A stretch of 64,000 bases of DNA from Leidyana gryllorum EB-2025a (lineage: Eukaryota > Protista > Apicomplexa): the NCBI GenBank assembly GCA_048772705.1, contig JBLWGC010000213.1:372001-436000 (forward strand), given 5' to 3'. Of the stretch, positions 11,950 to 24,160 are shown in pieces; the first letter of the stretch is position 1; each line of letters starts with the position of its first letter. A program made the translations under genes and the position numbers. Under the pieces are notes generated by a model. That model was not told the origin of the DNA. It saw only the letters and a program-made list of their open reading frames with translations, and made no database searches.

Positions 11950-13354
11950 CTATCTGGGCGGAGGATCCCACGTAGAATGCGACCGATTGTGCGTTGTGAC
12001 CAGGGGACTCTGCTTCATAGGATTAACATTGTATGCTCGGGGGGGAGGGGGTTGCGACATCTGACGGGAAGGAGGGGGTAAGGGCATCATCTGGTGTGAC
12101 CCCGATGAGAACACTCCGCGGGGCGGAGGGGCGTTTGACATCGGAAAGGGGTGGAGATTACGTCTACGAGGTTGGGGCACACTCTCGGAGGAGTGCGAAA
12201 CACCGTCCACGACCTTCATTTGAGCGGGCGGTTTCGAAGTTCTACATACTTGATGGCACCCTCTAAGGGAATTTCGTGGCCTGGAAAGCGGGCAGTGAGG
12301 TTGGTGGGACCGGACCTCGTAGGAGTACTGGCCGGACGCGGACTCTGGACTGGGATGTGGATGAGTCTGACTGCTGTCCTCGTAACTGGACGACGGCAGA
12401 TTCGCATGATGGTGGTGATGATATGGATGGTGTTGCATGTGAGTGCTGTGCCCCGTCAAGTGATGGTGTACTTTGGCACTGATAGTCCGTCGGAGTGAGG
12501 GCACCGGGACTGTAGTAGTGGCCTCGTCGCTCTTCCGGGTGATCCCACGACGAAGCTGGGGACCCTGGGCACTCGTCGTCCTCCCGTGCTTGAAGATCTT
12601 CTTCATTTGCTTCGGGGACAAATAGACCACTTCGTTATCCACCAGTGGAGCAGAAGCCGTTGGCGGAGGATATTGAGATGGCACCTCAGTCACTGTTTGA
12701 CAGGCTGGACAATACATAGGCAGAGGATAACCTTCCTCCCCTCCAGTCCATATAGCGGGAGGATTACACGAGTGTCGTGGACACCCTGGCTGATGGTAAT
12801 TCGTGCTCATTACCGGGCTCAAAATAGCATGGCTTCGGGGGTCAATAATCGGATGTTCTCTATGAGGAAGCATTTCTTCGTCGTCAGGGGTAAGCAGATC
12901 GTTCAATCCCTTCTTCATCACACGCCCAAGTGTTTTCAAAGCGTTTGGCCGAACTCGAATGTCCACACCGTTCATTTGCATCTATTACACTTTGTCGGCC
13001 CCGCTAGTTTCGCCTAACCACTCACCGTGACAACACCGGGTAACGTGGTATAACACAAACGTAGGAGACCTATACGACCCTCTTCGATACGCATGTCAGC
13101 TTGCGCTTTCTGAACGCGTCGATCATTGTAAAACGATGCCCTCAGGCGGCGGCGGTACCTCTAATTCATGATTGATGGCCTCTGGCCTCAGAATGAGGTC
13201 CTTCACGACCAGGCCATCAACGAAAGATATTTCGACGCCTTCCTTCTTGAGCGCTGCATTATTCAGCTGTAGTCACCACTGGTCACCAGGTCAACTCACG
13301 TTCACAAAAGGCCTGTAAAAAGTGGTTGAATACTGTGCGAAGGATGGCGTCCAT
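11950..13354 (-). CDS. Short protein with an N-terminal Chorein_N (VPS13/ATG2-like) domain and a His/Pro/Ser-rich tail (4 exons)
   Basis: Spliced N-terminus 'MDAILRTVFNHFLQAFCE..LNNAALKKEGVEISFVDGLVVKDLILRPEAINHELEKAQADMRIEEGRIGLLRL..MQMNGVDIRVRP' follows the Chorein_N pattern and joins ORF 11950..12981. Confidence 0.6.
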
Positions 13355-13396
13355 AGTTACGAAAACAAAACACAAATTTACGAGAGGAATCAACCA

Positions 13397-15092
13397 ATGG
13401 AAGGATTCTTGAACGAGTGTTTGAACGCGTGTGTCTCGCGTGACCACATCCACGCTCCGGCGTACAACTCCAAGCGTACTGAGGTTGACTCCTCTCACCC
13501 CAAAGCGGACCGGGGCAACAGAGTCGTTCCCCCGGTGTACAACAGTGCTGTCGAGGCAATCGGCAACACGCCCATCTTCCGCTTGCACAAGCTGGAGAAA
13601 AAGTATGGATTGGAGTGTGAGTTTTATGTGAAGGCGGAGTTCATGTCCGTCGGAGGATCCGTGAAGGATCGGATTGCTCGCCGAATGGTGGAGATGGGGG
13701 AAGCGGAAGGGTCCATCAAACCTGGTGACGTGATTATTGAAGCGACAAGTGGGAACACGGGAATTGGCTTGGCCTTGATGTGCGCTGCTCGTGGGTATCA
13801 AATGGTTGTGGTCATGCCAGAAAAGATGTCTGCTGAGAAGGCGAATGCTTTGAAAGCCTTGGGGGCCAAAGTCATCAGAACACGCACTTCAGCAACATGG
13901 AGTGATGATGACTCACACATTGTGACAGCCTATCGCTTGCTGGAGGAAATCAACAGTCGGTGCGAGAACACCGGCATTCGGGCTTTCCTATTTGACCAGT
14001 GAGTGCTGACAGTTGAGAAGAGCGCGTGTCATTGATTGGGTTGTTAGGTACCAATCGGTTGGTAATGTTCTGGCTCACTATCAGGAGACAGCGCAGGAGA
14101 TCCTCGATCAGATGGACAACAAGGTGGATGTGTTGGTTGCAGGAACAGGAACTGGGGGTACGATGACTGGGATTGCGCAGCGACTCAAGGAGGCCCTGCC
14201 CAACTGCCGGGTTGTCGGTGTAGATCCTGAAGGCTCCCTACTGCACTATCCTCGATCAGAGTGGGACAAGCACACTACCAGTGCGTACGAAGTGGAGGGC
14301 GTTGGCTATGATTTTATGCCTCCCGTATGCCACACTGACCTCGTGGACGAGTGGCAGGTGGTGAACGACAAGGATGCGTTCAACCGGGCTCGTGAGGTGG
14401 TGGCTTTGGAAGGGCTTCTGATGGGCGGCTCATGTGGGTGCTCGTTGGAGGCTGGGTTGCGAGTGGCCCGTACGTTGGAGAAAGGAAAGCGAATCGTTGT
14501 TGTGCTGCCCGACTCCATTCGCAACTATTTGACCAAATATGCTTCTGATCCCTGGATGCATTTCCACGGTTTCAAGCCGGTGGAGTTTGGTGCCGACAAG
14601 CGGAGTGTGAAAGAGTTACTGGCGAAGGCGGATCTCAAGCTGACAAAGCTGCGCGATCTCCCGCAGATGGGCCCGAAAACCTCGTGTATCGAGGCGTACA
14701 GGTTGCTGAAGACGGCACCGCATGGGGCTGGAATCGTGAAGGACGGGGACAAGGAGATTTTGGGATTCATCACACTGGACGATCTGGTCCCCACCCTGAC
14801 GAAGAGCGATGGGAACCCGCAGAAACCCGTGGATGAGATCGTCACTTTCAAATCGTTTTTCCCGATCTCATACGAGTTGGATGCGAGTGCCCTGAGTACA
14901 GTGATCGAAGCTTGTCGGATGGGCTCGAAACAGAATGCGGCGCTCGTTGTGTTGATGCCCAGTCTGAAAGCTGATGAGGTCGACGCTAATTCTAACCGCC
15001 TCAAGTTCAAGGAAACGACGCCCGAGGAAGCCTTAGATTGCGAATTTTTGAGCACGCCACAACAACTAGATATTCTGGCTGCTCGATTTTAG
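13397..15092 (+). CDS. CBS: Cystathionine beta-synthase with a C-terminal CBS-domain region (2 exons)
   Basis: GGSVKDRIA (PLP lysine), EATSGNTG, GTGTGGT, EGVGYDF and LPDSIRNYLTK. Intron 13999..14047. Confidence 0.92.
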
Positions 15093-15754
15093 ATGGATTT
15101 AGCAGCATTTTGCCGTGGCGGAGCCCGCTGGACGGGTCTCGTGGGCTCACTGCTCACGCTTCTACTTGGCCTCATACACATCTTCTCAATAAAAGCACGC
15201 GTCTACTGGCCCCGTCAGGGCATTAACTGGAAAGCCTGGAATGGCATTTCGGATTGGCTGGGCAATGACTTAGGCTTTCCGAACGAGCAGTTGGACGACT
15301 TCAACATGAAGTGGAGTGATGACTTGCAGCAGTACACTTGGAGAGGGCAACTCTTCAGCCTGCGACCGGATATACTCTGTAAGTGTGAGAATCTCTTCAA
15401 AACTCTTTGGCAGTGGATGTGTGGACTCCCTTCGTCGTCGGGCTGATTGGATTCGCTGCTCATTGTAAAGACTATCGTCGGCTGCGATTCGTAACCGAAT
15501 CATTCGTTAATTACTTCGTAAGATACTGGGAAGAGAGAGAGACCGTTCGACACAACTTGCAGATCTGGAACATGTTCCAAGGCCTATTTGCCACCATAGC
15601 CTACGAAGGTGGCATTGGTATTTTGTTCTCCATCCCCGTGTGGATGTCGGCTTTCCTGAGCTTCATGTCGCTAATGCTGGACGACGGGGACGCTTGTCTG
15701 GAACTCAACTTGAGGTGTTCCCTGAGACCTCGTCGCTCAGAGCCCGTGTCATAA
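15093..15754 (+). CDS. Multi-exon membrane protein, unknown function
   Basis: ATG immediately after the CBS stop, several hydrophobic segments, and an intron with a GTAAGT donor near 15378. Confidence 0.5.
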
Positions 15755-15767
15755 AAAAAGAGTAGAG

Positions 15768-16719
15768 ATGTGGGAGCCTTCCAAACCCCCCACGCTGCAC
15801 TGGATAGCTATCCTGAAGCACTTGGGTAAAGCCAGTTGGGATGCAGTTCGATCGATTGCTCCCCGACCTGTTCTTCCCGACCGATCAGTCAGGATCTTGC
15901 TCTGGGGATCCAAACGGTCGGGAAAGACGACCATACTATACAGATGGAAGCTTGAGTCCTTCATTCCCACTGTGAGCCGGACGCCTCAAGAAGAGGAGTG
16001 TCAATGAAACTTCTCCACACTCAGGCCCCCACTTTCGGAATGCTGGAGGAGTCGTTCACTTATCAATGCCCTGCCTCTAATGGACTGTGCTCCGTAACGG
16101 TGGCAGAGATCGGCCGAGATCCGCAGAGTTATGAACGCCAGACTAGTGTGGTTTTGTCAATGAAGAAGGACTATGACGACGATGAGGACGACTCGCCCCG
16201 TGCGAGCAAAGGAGCGAACATATGTCGATGCCTCAGACTCTGCTGCTCGGTGTGCTTCAAATCACGTGCTCGACCCCGCGTGGTGGATTTCGGTGTCGAA
16301 GTCTGGACCCGTGTTGCTGGTGTGAGTGACCCCCCAACGAATGCAAACTCGAACCAATATAATGACGCACAGAGAGCTAACGCCGTGGTGTATGTGGTGG
16401 ACGCCTCCTGCCGGGCCTCCTTGATGGAAATGTTCGATGACATCAATGTGATAATGGAAAATGATCATTTAACGGCGCAAACCGCCAAGGTAGTCATCCT
16501 GGCCAACAAACAGGTACGCATGCCGAACTGAAACAACGCTCTCTCTGTTCGCAGGATGTTGTAGGCGCGGTACGTCCAAACGAAATAGAGAAAATGTTGG
16601 ATCTGCCTGTGCGACTACGAGATCGCTGCCGAATATGGGGCTGCAGCGCCCTCACTGGCGACAATGTCGAAGAAGCCCTATCTTGGCTGGCGAGAGCAAA
16701 TGGCTGTAAAGCTGAGTAA
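15768..16719 (+). CDS. Divergent ARF/ARL-family small GTPase (3 or more exons)
   Basis: 'ILLWGSKRSGKTTILYRWK', 'PTFG', 'VVYVVDAS', G4 NKQ|D, G5 'GCSALTGDNVEEALSWL'. Confidence 0.75.
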
Positions 16720-16765
16720 TTCGTCAATCTGAATGGAAATAGTTAGTCAATGTGCCAACCAATTC

Positions 16766-18361
16766 CTATATCTGCGAGGTACAACCTCTTTGGAGCTTTG
16801 TGATGAAAAATCCGCGACAAGCATGCGATTCAGGACCCGCTCGAATACATAAAGGGGCCCATTCCGGCATCTCGGGCACCTCTTCCGAGCAAACACTCTC
16901 GATCTTTGCAGTCCTCGGCCACGTGGGGAAAGGGTCTGTCACAGTCCATCCACACTCTGCCCCCACCTCTGACAAAACTCGGAGGACGACGTGCTCGTTC
17001 TCCTCAACGAATGTCGAACAAGTCGAGTAGCAAACGGTATCCGCTGAGGCTATCCGTAAGGCCTTTTCAAGCATTGTCACCTGAAAATCAGCCAATTGCC
17101 TCACACGCGCTTCCATGGCTGTGGCATCTTGCTGGTCTTTGCTATGCTCAGCTAATCCACTGCCACTGCAACTTGGATCTAACGACACCTTCAGGTTCTT
17201 GTGAGGCGGCGGAATCCCTAACGCTATTAGCAGACGACTTATACACATCTGCGAGTCACATTCGCACGTCGCCTGCCCGCAGTAGTCCACATCTTTGAGG
17301 AAGTCCGCTCTCAGGGCAACGGCCACCAGTTTCCCGTCGTCTCCACTCATCTTTACAATTGTTGAGTTTTTGTCGTGCCCCACCGGCAGCAATGTGTCAG
17401 GACTTAGAGCTGCTACCTGGTCAAGACCACTCTGAGTACTCACTCGCTTAACCAAGGTTCGAAATCGGGTCAAGTCTCGCTCGACCATAATCAAACAACC
17501 TCGCCCACTCAAATGACCTGAACAGAAGAAGATCGGACTCTATTACCTATCTCGATGCTTACTGAGAAAGCTGAGGGACTTGCTTCCGGGCGCAGCACAC
17601 ACATCCAGAACCACGTCTCCCGACTCAACACCCAGTGCGTGTGCTGATAAACACGACGCTCTATCCATCAATACCAACACCCCCTTTCTGAACATGTCTT
17701 CACTCTGCAAAAGAGGCTGGAGCGGTTTAGGATTGGTAGTTGAGATCACATTGGGCACCAAAGTGTCTGGTTCGGACTCAATTTTGGCTCGCTTGAGGAA
17801 TGCAATGGCTTCCTCCCTGGTAGAGCGGGACAGGTCCACTCGAATGTAGCGGGGTATGGCTTGTGTCCCCTTAGCAGATGCCTTTGGATCGCCCCCTTGT
17901 TTTACAAATGCAGCTTTCAGCTCGCTTGACTTAGATGCGAGTTCCTTGCGAACTCCGCCGCCCCCCCAAATTCGCTTTCCCTTGACCAAATCGTGGCATA
18001 CGACCAGCTGCAACAATCCCTGCAACAAATCTCTCTTGAGCTGGGCAGCTTTATGATCCTTCTTGGATATCGCTACTGGCCAATGCTCTTTGAGGGGAAG
18101 TTCGCTCCCTGGTCTAATTCGGCATTCTTTCAAGGTGGCTCTGAGGGTATCGAAGCTCTCCAGTGAGGCCACCACCAGTCCCAATATCTGTTATGAGATG
18201 ATAATTTATCATATAGTTCGGGAGGCCGCTTCGCCTACCGCCGGCACTTCTCGTTTGAAGCCTTGACCCTGAAACAAGCCGTAGACGGCGCTCTTGGGGG
18301 ACGCCTTGGTGCTGATTATCCTTAACAAGGCATCAGCGGCGTGCTGATATATCTTTGACAT
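16766..18361 (-). CDS. NSUN5: NOL1/NOP2/Sun RNA cytosine-C5 methyltransferase, NSUN5/Rcm1-like
   Basis: 'IPRYIRV', 'MDRASCL', 'LDVCAAPGSKS', 'LDPSCSGSG', 'YSTCSTFVEENEHVV' and C-terminal GFFI. The N-terminus 'MSKIYQHAADAL' resembles Rcm1. Confidence 0.85.
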
Positions 18362-18394
18362 CAATTTTTGTTTTCCGCTAGCTACTAATTGTAT

Positions 18395-21300
18395 TTAGGC
18401 TGAAGTTGGTTCTGCTTCTGTCACTTCCTCGTCTTTGCTCTTAGATACATCCTTTGCGCTTTTCAGCAGCGCCATGTGCAAAAGAGGGCTCAACGGCCTG
18501 GTGCGTCCAGCCTGCTCGATAAATTTGGCCCCCCGGCTGACAACAAACTCTTTGCGCCTATCTTCATCAAGGCAAACGGTCAAATACTCGGCAACCAACT
18601 TTTTGACTAAGGAGTGGATCAACTCGATGGTCGAGATCTGCGAGTTCTGCGTACCTTTGTAGATGAACTGATCCATACTCGGAGACTTTGTAGCTACGAA
18701 GTCCTCTCGTGTAGGATTCGGGAAGAGCCAGTCGGGAACATCTGTAGTGGAGGCGTGAATTGGACAGAAAGGCTCCGCAGAGAACTCACGGATGATTCCA
18801 GTACAGGGGAACATGAAACATGGACGTCCTTGGAAGTGTTCCGGTGGGTCTGAAAGCGAACGATCGATGTCAACAGCGAACGAATACTGAGACTCACATT
18901 TCCGTCGTCCGAACCGATCCAGGAGCTCTGCTGGAGCGGGGAACGGAACGAAGAGTCGCTTGATGAGCCTTTCACGGTAGTAGAGAAGGATCCCCGCTTC
19001 ATAGGGACGGTTGGGCTCGATCGGCTTCCCATCGTCGATCAGTGTATCGAGAGGATTCAAGAAGCCTAATAGTCCGTACGTCTCAGCCTGGGCGTCCGAG
19101 GGGTGGAATAAGTAGTCCAACTCCACCTGAGTATTCGTAAGGATGGGGAATGAGCCATAGGGGAGCAGAAGTAGCCTACCATTCCGTGAAGCGAACCCTT
19201 CAGATACCTGTATAGAGAGTGGTGGAAGGGGTCGGGCTTATCTGGGTCGCCAGCCGGCAAAGTCGCGTCGAGTTGCTGTAGATGGTGATTTGATGGTATC
19301 AAACACCGACCGGCGTGCCAGATTTTCGCAGGATTGAATAGCAGAGACCAGTACAGGAACGTCGACAGACTGTAATCGATGGAGTCCCGTGCAGTACTCC
19401 ACAGAGGAAAGTTCCCATCCTGCTGCTGCGGAGAATCACTCGCCGATTGCGGTGCCTGACTTACGACGACGGGTGTTGTCTCGTCAGTCATAGTATTCGA
19501 ATCATCACCCCCAAGGACGGCCTTCATTTTGTCCCCGAAGGGATTCTCCGCGAGGAGGTTGGACGCCGCCCGGGAGTCGAAGAGGGTATAGGCCCGCGAA
19601 GTTTCGCTGTTGCCCACAGGATATATCTTGACCCGTCCATCAGAGTTGACAAAGCTGGGTCTCCATGTAGAGGGCGACTCTGCTAATTTAGCCTTGTCGC
19701 TATCGGAACACACTTCGTCGAGAGAGGTTAAATCATCATATTTGACATGATAGGCTCCAGACGCAGGAGCAGCTGTTCCCGCTGCCTCATAGATTGACCT
19801 GTCTGGGGTCGACGACAGTCTGCAGGAGCCGTCTTCCTTATCTATAGCCAAAGTCAGAGGGAACGTCGGTCGCCAGTCAAAGAATATCAGTCTTGTGCCA
19901 CTCTTGGCGCCCAGCGTATTTATCTGCTCCGCCAGTGCAGAGGGGGTGTCGAAGGGTGAGAACTGCTGAATTTTCTGTTGATTCTTCCAGTGCTCGTGCT
20001 CCGGATACACTGGTTCCTTGGAGGGCAGTCGCCAGAAACAGCTGGGACAGCTCACGACCTGACTGTCGGTGTGGAAGTGGAGCGCCTGCGACAGCAAAGC
20101 CATTCCAATAGTCCCACGAGTGCGGCTGAGCAGCAATGCACTTTGACCCAGACGCGAGAAAGCAAACTTGAGCCCCATTCCGTACTGAAGAGTGGGATGA
20201 CCACGTGTTGTATCACGTCTCTCCATGGGCCCGTCCCAATTGCCAAATCGCTTGAGGGCCCGATTGAATGTAGTGAACGCCAGACCCCTTCCATCATCCG
20301 TGATACTCAGATACAGCCCGCCTGTCGCTGCAGCTACACCAAAGTCCACACTGATATTAGTTGCTCGGGTGCTCAGAGCGCCAGAATTCTCCAAGAGGTT
20401 CCCGATGACGCTGAACGGCCATGTCACCATTGCTCCTAAGGTTGAGAAGAGACCGGGACAGAAATTCAGGCCACAAACCCATGGCGCTGAGTGACGAAGA
20501 TGCTCGGTGAATAATCTGCAAATCTCCTGACTGTTCACTGGCTCCATGCCCGCTTCCTTTCGACGCTTCAGGGCCTGCAGGGAATCCACATCTACTGGGC
20601 CGTCTTCTCCTGGGGGCGCTTCACCCGGAGCTGATCGCTTCCTTTTGCTCGGTTCCGTTTGCTGATACCAGTTCAGTTCGAACGGGTCCACCGACGGCAG
20701 TGCAACGATCCACGTGGTGGCATATTCGTTGTCCTGCCGAGGCGTCAACGTTCGGGTGGAAGTTCTCGAATATCCACCGTGGAACAACAATGCCGGCACA
20801 GGCGGCCGGGGACGAGTGGAGGGCAACGGGGAGAAGCAGTGGAAAAAGCTCACTGTCCCCCAAGCACGAGGCAGAGGATTCAGAAGCCGATCGCTGAAAG
20901 GCCTCAGTTGCGGAGCGATGGTTCGGATGAATCGAGCAGCAGTCAGTTTCGCCCCACTGCCCTGCAAGTCGAGTAATAGGAGACTTTCTCCAGTTTCCTA
21001 AAGGTTGACGTGGTCCAAAGTTTATTTCCTGGGGTCGACTTACCTCAGCAGCGGTGATGCCTCCGGCGAGCAGTAACACAATTCGAGTGGACCCGTCACA
21101 TGTCATCGAATACATTCCCAATTCGTACGCTCTGATCATTGCGGGCTCGATGGACAGACAGACTCCCGAATGCAGTGCTCGTTTCAGCAAGTCTGGTTGT
21201 GAAACCTCGGCTATCTCCAGAGGTTTGACGGTTGCTCGCCAGGCACCTTCCGTATCGCGGATGCAAAAGCGCTGGAGCCCTCCGGTGAGGACCGTTTGAC

Positions 21301-23291
21301 CTGAGTTGGGATCAAAGGTGAACCCGCCATGGTGCAATTGCTGATTGAAGCCAGCGATCACGGAAGCCTGGCCGAAGGCAGTGATCTCGCCCTGAAGAGG
21401 GATCTCAGACCAGGTGCCTTCCTGGAAGCTGAATAACCAAACGTCAGACAGGATTTCTACACGGCCTTTGGGCGAGCTCTTGTGGATGCCACCCGCCACG
21501 TAGAAGCCAATCATTTCACACTCTTCGGGATTGTCGGTAGCCTCCTTGAGCACTATTCCAGAACTGTGGAAAGCGCGTTTGGGAGGCCAGGCGCCTCCAT
21601 TGTGCGGAATTTGGATCCACTTGGCGTTTGTGAGGTCTAAAGCATACATGTCTTCGAATACGGCGAAGTCAGAGTCGGTCAAGGCATCCCTAGCTTTGGG
21701 GAAGTCGACTGGCTCGCTGCAGCCTCCGAATACCAGAAGCACTTCATTCTGGATGTCTAAGGCTTTGATATCACCAGCCATAGCGACGCTGGACCCACAA
21801 GCGACCGTGGGAGCGCTCCCTGTGACATTTCGACTTTCACACCGAAAATCGCATTGGTTAATCATTGATAGGACTTGCCAGCCGTTTTCAAGCTTTCGTG
21901 GCCTGTGAAATAGGGGTAATGGCAGACGAGGCGGGCCGGGAGTGACTCACTGGCGGTACGGGGTGAAGCTGAACGAGGACTCTTGGATTGCCCCGCCGAT
22001 GACCATCCACACGCCGCCGAGATCCAGTGTGTGATGACCTGTGCGGAGGGGCATGCCATCGCTGCCGGGCAAGTCCACCCAGAAAGGCGTTTGATACGAT
22101 GTGGAAACATTACGCAGATAACTTGGAAGACGTGGATGAGCGTTGAAGAAAGAAGCTTGTTCTTCGGGAGTTTTGAACAAGTAACTGGGTGGCGGAAAGC
22201 CAGAGGAAGAAGATGCAGCCGAACCAAAGTACGACCGAAGCGATTCTGTTGCAGCAGGCGGATCGGAGAGACGGACGGGCGCAGCTGGTCGCTCATCGGT
22301 GGGTCGTTGTTGGCCAGAGGGAGATATCGAGTTCATCAGCTCTTGTCTCCTTCCCACAGAACGAATCACTGACCTCAAGGTACTGTACCCCGTTATGTGC
22401 GTCAGGTGAGAGTATAACTTGGGCAAAGATATCTCGTTCTGTAGGAAATGGAAGACCACCTGATTTATTTGCTCTCGCTGCTCAGCCGTTGTCACATCTT
22501 CGGACAAAAGTGTGCTGAGAACCCCTAACAGCGTGGGACGCGACGACTGCTGTCCCTGCTGTTGCGTAGTCTCCCACCCGGGAAGTCCAACTTTGGTGGC
22601 TCGACCCAATCTGGACAACCGCAGTTACGTCGCACAAGTGTGTTAAAAGACTTACTCAGCTTCGAACTCCTGATGAGCGTCCATTGCCCGTCTCAAAGCT
22701 TCTTGCATGTCATGTCTACAGAGCAGTGTGAGCGACAGAGCGTTATGACGGAACTCACGTCTGGAACTCAGGTATCTTGCACTCAATGGCTATGACCCGG
22801 CAGCTGGGCATCGAGGGCAATGCACCGGACTGTTGAGAATTGCTGTCTCCAGCCGGCTGCCGCCCCTCTTCTCTATGTAGTACGTACACAACGCGCACGT
22901 CGGGCACCGAACGAGGGGCATATACCTTAATAAGGAAGCGATGACACAGGCAGAACGGGTGGGAGACAGACATACTCGTTGATGAGTGCTCCACTGGCTC
23001 AACGGCCGAGTGTGCATAGTACCCTCGGTCACATCCAGAGGGGGATTTAGGTTCCGCCATAAACTGGAATCGACAGCAAAGACAACTGAATGGTCACTAG
23101 TGGACGCAACGCCTGAAGGAACCGTTATATGAAGTGCAACTTGACTTGAACTGACCGAGCGCAACGCGATGCGGCTCCGCGGGCTGCTCTGCCATCCCGT
23201 TGTTTCCAGGAAGCTCAGTGGTCGTGGGGGGAGGGTTCTCCGCCCGAATGGTCTCGGACAAGGGTGCGGTATTGTGGGAGTCGCCCTCCAT
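18395..23291 (-). CDS. MORC: Apicomplexan-type MORC chromatin ATPase (Kelch repeats plus GHKL/S5), multi-exon
   Basis: Kelch motifs (LLVFGG, WPPKRAFHS, YVAGG, SDVWLFSF) spliced to GHKL motifs 'SITDDGRGL', 'QYGMGLKFAFSRLG' and 'GTIGMALLSQ'. Kelch-MORC fusion is characteristic of apicomplexans. The 5' exons were reconstructed by eye. Confidence 0.85.
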
Positions 23292-23317
23292 GAGCTGCAA
23301 AACTAGGATTTTTGACA

Positions 23318-24120
23318 CTACTTGTTTGATTCAGAACCTCCTCCTCCCCCGAAGCTGAACATGGCCGCTACTCGACGACGCCAGAATTCAAGTACCACTA
23401 CCACGCAGCAGTACAGAAAGAGTAAGATGGCCAAGATCATGAACCCCCACAAGACTATGATGGCCCAAGCTGCGAGCGGCTTCCCAGTGCCTCCTATACC
23501 ATAACTGATCTTCTCTGTTCGACGGGATGTGAGCGCACAACAAGCCTGAGGGAGTCAGTACCTTCACAAAACTCCCCTTGGAAGCCAGCCGCGCAGATAC
23601 AAAGGAAGCGCTTTTCCTCAAACGGGAAGTATTGGCACGTTCCTCCGTTTAAACAGGTAGTTTCCGTTAAGCAGGGGTCATTAAATCCTGTAAACGGCGT
23701 GAGTCGACCAGTCTCCGCCAACAAACGTACGTTCACAACGCCTTCCAGTGTATGATTCCGGACATTCACAACTGTACAGCTTGGGCCTGTTCGTAGAGAA
23801 TGGGGCTCTGGCAAGCAGCATTCCGTCGGCTTCAGGGCTCACGCTTCCTCATTGTAGCATATTCCGTCGTTTAGACAAACAGTGAGCCCGATGTCCTGGG
23901 CATAGTCACAAAGACTGACAACTGAACATAGCTGGTCGCTGGCGACACCCGTTCTCTCGGTCCTACCCTGACATATTTCGGTGGGATAAAGACTGTTAGG
24001 AGTATAACCGGTTTGACACAGACAGGTAACCGAATCGGAAGTGACCCGCAAACAGTATCCGTGAGCCCCACATGACGTAACGCCCACCACATCAGCCGGA
24101 CAAGCGCCCGTTAAGCTCAT
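23318..24120 (-). CDS. Membrane protein with about 3 EGF-like domains
   Basis: 'CGAHGYC..CLCQTGY', 'CLNDGIC..CECPESYTGRRCE', 'CLNGGTC..CICAAGFQGEFCE', then a TM segment 'WAIIVLWGFMILAILLFLYCCVVVVL' followed by RRR. Confidence 0.8.
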
Positions 24121-24160
24121 CGTGTGTGTTTTGGGCAAAATTGATGTGAAAGATACGGCT

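Noticed and set aside
13397-13540. Possible heme-binding N-terminus on CBS
   Set aside because: The Cys-x-Trp…His spacing of animal CBS is absent. Heme-independent CBS is already known in protists.
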